From a virus (taxonomy: Duplodnaviria > Heunggongvirae > Uroviricota > Caudoviricetes), in the IMG/VR virus record IMGVR_UViG_2778261571_000008: a DNA stretch of 5,990 bases. One strand, given 5' to 3'. Under the pieces are notes generated by a model. It was not told the DNA's origin. It saw only the letters and a program-made list of their open reading frames with translations, and did not search any database. Below are positions 1 through 5,517 of this stretch, piece after piece. Position 1 is the first letter of the stretch. Each line of letters opens with the position of its first letter. Made by a program: the position numbers and the translations under genes.

Positions 1-16
1 TTTTTGTGAAGTCGTC
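1..16. repeat. Left copy of 16-bp terminal direct repeat TTTTTGTGAAGTCGTC
   Basis: Exact 16/16 identity with positions 5975-5990, read directly from the sequence. Chance identity at both exact termini is negligible. Confidence 0.9.
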
Positions 17-322
17 TAATTCATCGCCGAAATATTCTCGATAATCTGGAACGCGCTGTTCTGAAATTGCGTTTGTGGCGATGTCTGGTTTATCGGCTTG
101 TAGTTTATCGACGTTTGCCAGATATACGCCCAGCGACCCAGCTGACCCCATTACCGCCAGCATTCTGCTACGTTCTGCGGCATTGGGAGCGATTGAGGCC
201 AATTGCGCTTTAATTTTGCTTACCTCTTCATCAATGACCCTCTGAATAAGCGGGCCGTTTGCCTGAAGAACTTCCTTAGTAATTTCCTGTGCCAACTGGC
301 GAATATATTCTTTGCGTGTCAT
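1..322 (-). CDS. Hypothetical acidic protein (orfA), N-terminal segment; runs off the window start with no stop
   Basis: ATG at 322-320 with a GGAG-like SD about 10 nt upstream. Open for 107 codons (MTRKEYIRQLAQEITKEVLQ...YREYFGDELDDFTK) to position 2. Absent from the ORF track because it has no stop in the window. Frame-continuous with the ORF entering at 5990 (see 5868-5990). No family recognised. Confidence 0.55.
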   Translation of the reverse strand, partial: MTRKEYIRQLAQEITKEVLQANGPLIQRVIDEEVSKIKAQLASIAPNAAERSRMLAVMGSAGSLGVYLANVDKLQADKPDIATNAISEQRVPDYREYFGDELDDFTK

Positions 323-343
323 TTCTTGTTATCTCCGTTCATC

Positions 344-655
344 TTATTTCTGAAGAAAACTCATACCGTGCCCGATCTTGTTCGCAACCTTTCCGGCAAG
401 CATCCGCCTAATATGGGTTTCATTTAATACGTCGTGAGTCACACTATCTTCGCCTGCCATACATTCCGGCATCTGGCTGAATAACGCGGCGGCGGATTCG
501 TCGAGAATTTCACTGAGTAAATCAGGCAGCATGTCAACGATACGATCTGCCTCGGCGCTCATTGCTTTATCAAAAGAGCGTTTATCTAATGTTTCCTGTG
601 AAGGCTTGTAATTATTACCAACCCGATTAAGGTAACTATTATTTGGGTAGTACAT
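344..655 (-). CDS. Hypothetical small acidic protein (103 aa)
   Basis: ORF-track ORF; ATG at 655-653 preceded by GAGGAAA SD with about 9-nt spacing. Stop TAA at 346-344 lies 21 nt before the orfA ATG, same strand, so operon context. No recognisable motif. Confidence 0.55.
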   Translation of the reverse strand: MYYPNNSYLNRVGNNYKPSQETLDKRSFDKAMSAEADRIVDMLPDLLSEILDESAAALFSQMPECMAGEDSVTHDVLNETHIRRMLAGKVANKIGHGMSFLQK

Positions 656-681
656 GATAAATTTCCTCGATTAATTAGTTT

Positions 682-1200
682 CTATAAAATGGCGTTGCTA
701 CATGAAAAATATGATCTTGCTGCGTATAATCGCCGTGGTTTTTCACCAGAACACGGCATCAACATCCAGCGCGGTTTGTGTTTAGTTAGCGCCTTGCGCG
801 GCTGCTGATGCGGCTTGCGCGGGCTGGCGGCGTTCTCTGCTACTGATACGATCTCAAGATTTGAAAGGCGGTTATCAGTGCCGTTGCCATTTTTATGATT
901 TACGCAAAAACCGGGTTTAATCGCATCAAAACCGCAAGTCAGCCAGATCACAATATTATGCGCTCTGAATAGTTTCTTTTTGCCGTTAACTGTTACGACA
1001 ACCCTGTAATAACGGTGCTTGTTACGGCATTTATATTTACGACCATCACGCTTAATTTTGTATTTCTTTTCAGACGGCTTAAGGCATAGCTCATGACCGT
1101 CACGATCTAAACCTGTTTGCGATCTGCTGTTTACTGTAAAGCGCCGTTTAATTTCTTCCTGATACTCAGGCGGCGGTATTAGTGGCGTTGGCATTGACAT
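682..1200 (-). CDS. HNH endonuclease (HNH_3-type motif)
   Basis: Translation contains RAHNIVIWLTCGFDAIKPGFCVNHKNGNGTDNRLSNLEIVS, the classic H...N...HxNGNxxDNRxxNL HNH signature; the His of VNH is encoded at 897-895. Preferred start is ATG at 1200-1198 (SD GAGTGAGGT, 5-nt spacer) rather than the track's GTG at 1212, which lies inside the SD. Stop TAG at 684-682. Confidence 0.8.
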   Translation of the reverse strand: MSMPTPLIPPPEYQEEIKRRFTVNSRSQTGLDRDGHELCLKPSEKKYKIKRDGRKYKCRNKHRYYRVVVTVNGKKKLFRAHNIVIWLTCGFDAIKPGFCVNHKNGNGTDNRLSNLEIVSVAENAASPRKPHQQPRKALTKHKPRWMLMPCSGEKPRRLYAARSYFSCSNAIL

Positions 1201-1215
1201 GTTTAACCTCACTCA

Positions 1216-1404
1216 TTAACGTTTACGTCCGCGATAGAAATATTCCAGGACTTCACTACGAATAAAGCGGAGCGGCGTTCCTTCAGGGCTAACAGGAATT
1301 GGAAAGCCGGGGATTTTATCTACCCACCTGAGAATCGTGCGCTTGCTTACACAAAAAAGTCGAGCGACTTGTTCGCAGCTTATCAATTCGGGAAAGTCGT
1401 TCAT
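1216..1404 (-). CDS. AlpA-family / excisionase-like HTH DNA-binding protein (about 62 aa)
   Basis: Translation MNDFPELISCEQVARLFCVSKRTILRWVDKIPGFPIPVSPEGTPLRFIRSEVLEYF fits the AlpA/Xis-type HTH pattern (helix, TIyrw, FP-P, then W/E-rich tail). Strong SD AAAGAGGTGA 6 nt before ATG at 1404-1402; the track's start at 1413 is GTG and overlaps the SD. Stop TAA at 1218-1216 is 15 nt before the HNH start. Confidence 0.75.
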   Translation of the reverse strand: MNDFPELISCEQVARLFCVSKRTILRWVDKIPGFPIPVSPEGTPLRFIRSEVLEYFYRGRKR

Positions 1405-2310
1405 TTTCATCACCTCTTTAAAAAAGAGCGGTGGCTGAAAAATATGGAGGAAACAACCACCGCCGTGAACGAAAATAGGCTATATCGGAGAAGTTGATAT
1501 AAATATTTTAATCCCCGCGTCGTACGTGTGCAAACACGGCTTCATTGTCGAATATGGCGTTTTTGTGTAATTAGCAGATCTGGTTTTGATACCCGTCATC
1601 GATATTCAGTCAACTAAAAGGCTGGTTTTGGCCTAAGTGTTGAATGGCACTTTTGGAACGCGTCCGATTTCCACGGTTAATCAGCCACCACGATCCAGAC
1701 GGTAGAATGCGGCTTTCAGCCTGCTGAAATGTGTAACATTCCTGCGCTTTAACAAGATCGGGCTATCTGGTACAGATGGCGGCGGCGATCTGTATTTGGT
1801 GGCGGACTAATCTGCGCAGAATCCCGCTGATTTCTTGATGGCAATAAAGCTAACCATAGCGATTCTAAGCGCCTCATCTTTGCCGGTATGCAAACGGTCA
1901 GCCATGTCACATTGAGCGCGTCAGAGGCGCTACTGTGAAGCGGTGCTATAGCTGCGGCGTATCATTGCCAGCGTCATCGTCGTCACGGGAAAAGCTGTAC
2001 ATGCGGGGATCGAGATAGTCGATACAGAAAACCCCGTCATACAGGAAAGCGAGTGCCGTAGCGCAAGCGAAGGCACCAGGCATGTAGCTACGCGCTGAAT
2101 GCGAGTCACAACAGCTTAACAAAAGCACATACATCGCGATAACGCGGTAACACATCCGGCACCACATGCGTAACTGTGTGTTACCCCAGACGTGGCGCGG
2201 CTCTCAGGCTGATTTTGTCTTTTCCGGTCCCACATCTCGGGTACTTTCCAAAACTTTCTACTTTATAAAAATGGAGTAGAAAACAGAGTGAAATCTTTTT
2301 TTTCTGATTT

Positions 2311-2330
2311 ATCTGGTACCATCTGGTACC
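2311..2330. repeat. Perfect tandem 10-bp direct repeat ATCTGGTACC x2 (forward iterons)
   Basis: Read directly: atctggtacc atctggtacc. Each unit contains a GGTACC hexamer. Confidence 0.85.
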
Positions 2331-2366
2331 CATAGAATATATGTAACTACATCAATAACTTAAGTT

Positions 2367-2400
2367 GGTACCACATCCGGTCCCACATCGGTCCCACATC
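2367..2400. repeat. Three tandem inverted-orientation iterons (GGTACCACATC-C-GGTCCCACATC-GGTCCCACATC)
   Basis: Read directly; 11-12-bp periodicity, about one helical turn. The reverse complement GATGTGG(T/G)ACC matches the forward iteron ATCTGGTACC at 8-9 of 10 positions. Confidence 0.85.
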
Positions 2401-2423
2401 CTGCATCTGGTACCATTTTGACC

Positions 2424-2451
2424 AAAAAAAAGCCAACCCCGAAGGATTGGC
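2424..2451 (-). terminator. Rho-independent terminator downstream of the replication gene
   Basis: On the minus strand: hairpin GCCAATCC-TTCG-GGGTTGGC (8-bp stem, one mismatch, tetraloop) at 2451-2432, followed by eight T (plus-strand A-run 2424-2431). It lies 23 nt after the stop codon at 2477-2475. Confidence 0.75.
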
Positions 2452-2474
2452 GTGTTAAAAGTTAAACAATCTGT

Positions 2475-4064
2475 TTACTTGCTCGTAACCTCAGTCATCA
2501 CGTCACTTGCGCTTGCCATTTTGGCTACTTTCGCACGGTCACGCGCTGCCCTTAGTTCGTCGGCAACCTCAAACGGTTTTGCCTGTAGCCAGCGAACGTG
2601 ATTGCGGATAATCCATCCTCGCACTGGTTTTCCGTCAACCTTAACTTGTGGCGCGGCTACCATTCCCGCATCCTCAAACATACGGCGCTGTTTGTTCGTG
2701 ATCTGCGCGTCCACGTCTTCCAGAATGTACTCAGACAGATCTCTGTTGCTGATAATGTCAGAAGGCCAGTCAGCGATCAGTTCATCAAGATATACGCGTT
2801 CCAGCGGTTTGGCTGAGTTAATTGCCCGTAACTTATCCTCATCACACACAGGCGGCTGTTTAATATCGAACCCGCTCAGGTCACGCGTTGCCAGTTGCCA
2901 TCCTAACGCGTTAATCGCTTTGGGATCGCTTATCAGGTCATCAATGCGCTTCGCCATCTCCCTTGCCGCTTCCTTGCCGTATACATCCGCGTATTTGCCT
3001 GAGGTGTGACGGATGACAAACCAGCGGCGATCATGTTCGTCTATTGGCAGTGGGTTGTCATGGTTAGAACACACAAACCAGCGGCACGCGTTCCATTCTT
3101 CATACTTCGCGCCATATTTCACATTAACGCTGCGTACTGGCTCCGTTATCATCGCTTTAAGGCGATTAGCTGTACGGTATTGGCTGTTATCACCTTCCCG
3201 CACTTCGTCGCATGTTGCCAGAACCGCGCCAGCCAGTTCGCTGTTGAACTGCCCTTCAAGTAGCGCATGGATATTAACGCCAGATGCGCAGTTACGTCCT
3301 AACAGGTGTTTTAGGATGTCGCAGAAAGTTGTTCGACCAACGCCCTGAGTTCCGTTTGTGTAATGAAGAATGCCCCAGTGCGGTAGTACCTCAGGGTGCT
3401 GGATCATGTGCGCAATCCAGTTCACTACCGTTACCCACTTGTCACCGAAAAGCCAACGGCAATCATCATAGAATGCGCTGACGTCCGTTTCATTGTCTGG
3501 AAGCCAGATACGCTTTTTCCACAGGTTGAGGCATTTACGACCGCGCGGATCTTCGCAAATTACCGGGCGACCAGGTGCGCAGGTCAGGGCGTCAACAATC
3601 ATGCGCTTATCGCTCTCACGCCAGAGGCTAGTTGTCGGGACGGCCTTCATTTTCAACCCAGCACCCGCGCCGCCGCCAACGTCGATCATCGTTTTACTGG
3701 CGGCATTCATGTTTTTAAACTCTGACCATTTGAAATTACGGTAAGGCTCATCAAGATAAGCAACGCGTTCGCCGTCAGCCACCCAGACACATTTGGTCAG
3801 CATTTCATCCAACGTCATGATCTGCGGCTTCATGGCGTCAACGTCAAGCTGTTGCGGCTCCGTAGCTTTGACTGCGTTTTCCGCAATGCGCTGGCGTTCA
3901 GCTTCGCGCTCTTTGATCTGTTGTTCGGCGATCTCTACGACGCTGGCAAGCTCCTCGTCAGTAGGGCTAATGCGCACACCTGCGCTATTTAGCGGTATTA
4001 CATTTGCGATATTTTTTTCAGCTCTGACCTGGTCATCCGGGCCGTTTTGTGGCATATTAATCAT
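2475..4064 (-). CDS. Replication initiator: SF3 (D5/P4-alpha C-terminal-like) helicase-type protein, 529 aa, with atypical Walker A
   Basis: Motifs in canonical SF3 order and spacing: Walker-A-like HYTNGTQGVGRTTF (R codon at 3335-3333), Walker B AVLATCDEV (DE at 3209-3204), motif C WFVCSNH (N at 3065-3063). SD AAAGAGG 9 nt before ATG at 4064-4062. Followed by terminator and iteron origin. No separate primase domain was recognised by eye. Confidence 0.8.
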   Translation of the reverse strand: MINMPQNGPDDQVRAEKNIANVIPLNSAGVRISPTDEELASVVEIAEQQIKEREAERQRIAENAVKATEPQQLDVDAMKPQIMTLDEMLTKCVWVADGERVAYLDEPYRNFKWSEFKNMNAASKTMIDVGGGAGAGLKMKAVPTTSLWRESDKRMIVDALTCAPGRPVICEDPRGRKCLNLWKKRIWLPDNETDVSAFYDDCRWLFGDKWVTVVNWIAHMIQHPEVLPHWGILHYTNGTQGVGRTTFCDILKHLLGRNCASGVNIHALLEGQFNSELAGAVLATCDEVREGDNSQYRTANRLKAMITEPVRSVNVKYGAKYEEWNACRWFVCSNHDNPLPIDEHDRRWFVIRHTSGKYADVYGKEAAREMAKRIDDLISDPKAINALGWQLATRDLSGFDIKQPPVCDEDKLRAINSAKPLERVYLDELIADWPSDIISNRDLSEYILEDVDAQITNKQRRMFEDAGMVAAPQVKVDGKPVRGWIIRNHVRWLQAKPFEVADELRAARDRAKVAKMASASDVMTEVTSK

Positions 4065-4132
4065 GTTGAGTAGCCTCTTTTCGTTGCCTATTCACAGCCG
4101 TTCGATTCAGCACCGTAAACGGCTCCAACATT

Positions 4133-4161
4133 GCCCCGGTTGCGACGGGGCTTTGTTATTT
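4133..4161 (+). terminator. Terminator-like GC hairpin plus T-rich run, plus-strand orientation, in the leader between the second alpA-like gene and the replication gene
   Basis: GCCCCG-gttgcga-CGGGGC (perfect 6-bp GC stem, 4133-4151) followed on the plus strand by TTTGTTATTT (4152-4161). It overlaps the stop codon of the 4156-4401 gene. On the minus-strand mRNA the same hairpin forms but is not followed by a U-run. Confidence 0.3.
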
Positions 4162-4401
4162 CTGGTCTATGTATCTTCCGCATTGCTGTAAATCCCTCAT
4201 TAGCTCGTCTCTATGGATTTCGTACCACGCAAGCATGTCGGCTTTTAGCCATAACATCATGTTTCCGCGCCCTCGTGTCATAGGTTCCGGGAAATCCGGG
4301 TAACGACGCATTACGTGGTAAACTGAGCGCCGTGAGCGGTTAAGTAGTTCGCTGACATCTCTTACTGTCATGATGAAATCCTTCACCGTTTGGCCTTTCA
4401 T
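4156..4401 (-). CDS. AlpA-family / excisionase-like HTH DNA-binding protein (81 aa, or 71 aa from internal Met)
   Basis: Translation ...MTVRDVSELLNRSRRSVYHVMRRYPDFPEPMTRGRGNMMLWLKADMLAWYE fits the AlpA/Xis HTH pattern. SD AAAGAGGG 7 nt before ATG at 4401-4399; an alternative ATG at 4371-4369 has a GAAGGA SD. Stop TAA at 4158-4156 is 91 nt upstream of the replication gene. Confidence 0.7.
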   Translation of the reverse strand: MKGQTVKDFIMTVRDVSELLNRSRRSVYHVMRRYPDFPEPMTRGRGNMMLWLKADMLAWYEIHRDELMRDLQQCGRYIDQK

Positions 4402-4714
4402 GGTTCTGCCCTCTTTGTTAAAACTACACGATCACTGTAACCCATATTTTTAGCTATTCACAACTTTTCCCCATTTCAGCGACCATAAACGCAAAAACCC
4501 AGCGCTATGGCTGTTCGATGAATTGTTATCAGGATGTTTCCTATCCGACCAGTTAAACCAGCGACAGGTCAACATGTGACTATTGAGTTGCGTAATGATT
4601 TACTGCTGGAAAGGATAAACTCAGCTTCAGTGGCTCAATTTCCCGTTTTGCGTCTGTCAGGGCTATAAAATTCGTCTCAATTCTGTGAGATGCATCACAC
4701 TTTATGCCTGATAT

Positions 4715-4733
4715 TTATACAGTAACTGTATAA
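4715..4733. repeat. 19-bp perfect palindrome TTATACAGT-A-ACTGTATAA overlapping the LexA-like box
   Basis: Read directly. 9-bp arms with a 1-bp centre; chance expectation in 6 kb is about 0.02. It shares the ACTGTATAA arm with the LexA-like site, giving three alternating ATACAG/CTGTAT half-sites across 4717-4741. Confidence 0.8.
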
Positions 4734-4743
4734 CCATACAGGC
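4724..4743. promoter_or_regulatory. LexA-box-like site (SOS box), CTGTAT-N4-ATACAG
   Basis: aaCTGTATaaccATACAGgc: CTGT at 4726-4729 and ACAG at 4738-4741 with an 8-nt spacer; both 6-bp arms CTGTAT/ATACAG are perfect. It matches 14 of 20 positions of the E. coli consensus TACTGTATATATATACAGTA, including the whole invariant core. It is the only CTGT-N8-ACAG in the window. Confidence 0.45.
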
Positions 4744-5094
4744 CGAAAACCCGCTGTTTTACTGCCTATTTACCATAATGGATCTTGTGCGCACCATTTT
4801 CCGGTGATTGATTTCTGACCCTGTTTCGACGATAAAGCCATCCATTTTTCTCTGACTCGTAAAAGCTGGCATGAAATTTGATGTGGCGTGATTTGTTATG
4901 ATTGTGTTACCGCCAGTCTTGCCGCTGACGTCGGCTACGCGCGCGCATGTACATGTCCGAAAATTACCCCCATAAAAGCGCCCCTCATATAGTGCAAAAA
5001 CCCGGATGGCGCGGCTTTCGGCGGTTTTAGCATTGAAAACTAACTTCAAAAACGGCCCGCTATCGTTCGCTAACTACTCGCTAACCTCTCTGGC

Positions 5095-5388
5095 TTACTC
5101 GTCGATGTCAGCGCCACATGCCCTCAACTGGGCGTGTATATCCGCTTTGATTAACTTCAATCGACGGACGAAGCGCTGTTCATCATCGTTGCAGTTGTAC
5201 AGGCTGCCGTTTTCGCCTGTTGCCTTCATCGAAATCAATTTGTTGATCGTGCCTATAACAAGCTCACCAAAGCATCGAAGGGCGGTGCGTTTGGCTGGCA
5301 GTTGGCACGCTGGGCAAGAATGAAGGATATAAGCTGACCTTTCTGCGATCTCGCGGGCCATGCCGGTGATGATTTTTAAGCACAACAT
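5095..5388 (-). CDS. Hypothetical Cys-containing small protein (97 aa)
   Basis: ORF-track ORF with good SD GGAGAG 6 nt before ATG at 5388-5386. Contains HSCPAC (a CxxC pair) plus three further Cys. Preferred over the overlapping plus-strand ORF 5006-5323, which has no SD and a low-complexity translation. Confidence 0.5.
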   Translation of the reverse strand: MLCLKIITGMAREIAERSAYILHSCPACQLPAKRTALRCFGELVIGTINKLISMKATGENGSLYNCNDDEQRFVRRLKLIKADIHAQLRACGADIDE

Positions 5389-5480
5389 GATTTACTCTCC
5401 GGTCGCTGTATAATTAACGTGATTTAAAACATTGTTCCGATGTCACCACTTAACTTGTTGTCAACGATTTCGCATTGTTT

Positions 5481-5506
5481 GCCCGGTAGTGATTGCCGGG
5501 CTTTTT
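5481..5506 (+). terminator. Terminator-like hairpin plus T5, plus-strand orientation, in the intergenic region between orfB and the 97-aa gene
   Basis: GCCCGG-tagtgattg-CCGGGC (6-bp GC stem, 5481-5501) followed by TTTTT (5502-5506). A perfect TATAAT hexamer lies on the plus strand at 5409-5414, about 70 bp upstream. Confidence 0.3.
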
Positions 5507-5517
5507 CTTGCCTGTGA

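Larger units (their letters stand above)
2146..2415. other. Putative origin of replication: iteron cluster flanking AT-rich stretches
   Basis: At least 10 copies of a 10-11-bp motif with consensus AT(C/G)TGG(T/G)ACC in both orientations. Forward copies at 2311-2320, 2321-2330, 2405-2414; inverted copies GGT(A/C)(A/C)CACATC at 2146-2156, 2158-2168 (degenerate), 2226-2236, 2367-2377, 2379-2389, 2390-2400. AT-rich stretches at 2245-2310 and 2331-2366. Sits immediately 3' of the replication gene and its terminator. Confidence 0.65.

Noticed and set aside
203-427. Plus-strand ORF, 74 aa
   Set aside because: Antisense shadow overlapping orfA and the start of orf103; no SD; hydrophobic low-complexity translation.
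1414-1428. Inverted repeat CTCTTT-aaa-AAAGAG overlapping the SD of the alpA-like gene (possible SD-sequestering hairpin)
   Set aside because: The stem is only 6 bp and AU-rich, so predicted stability is marginal; it could simply reflect the A/T-rich SD context.
1714-1729. Inverted repeat TTTCAGC-CT-GCTGAAA as a distinct operator
   Set aside because: 7-bp arms with a short spacer are within chance expectation for this window; kept only as a note within the leader-region finding.
1946-2167. Minus-strand ORF, 73 aa
   Set aside because: No SD upstream of its ATG, overlaps the degenerate iterons at 2146-2169, and has an implausible Cys/Asp-rich translation; treated as non-coding origin-proximal DNA.
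2311-2400. Possibility that the short direct repeats are a CRISPR array
   Set aside because: Units are only 10-12 bp, occur in both orientations with no regular unique spacers of 25-40 bp, and no cas genes are present; iterons explain them.
2598-4191. Eight plus-strand ORFs (2598-2816, 2602-3009, 3006-3263, 3013-3348, 3284-3481, 3396-3725, 3493-3744, 3793-4191)
   Set aside because: All lie antisense within the 529-aa replication gene, which has clear helicase motifs, a good SD and a terminator. Their translations are low-complexity (S/R/A/L-rich) with no SD, so they are shadow ORFs.
4946-4955. 10-bp palindrome CATGTACATG
   Set aside because: Perfect 10-bp palindromes are expected several times by chance in 6 kb, and there is no supporting context.
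4759-5049. Minus-strand ORF, 96 aa
   Set aside because: The start called in the track is TTG, there is no SD, and the composition is G/T/R-rich; more likely part of the non-coding regulatory region. Not fully excluded.
5006-5323. Plus-strand ORF, 105 aa
   Set aside because: Overlaps the minus-strand 97-aa gene, which has a good SD; no SD of its own; S/L/A-rich low-complexity translation.
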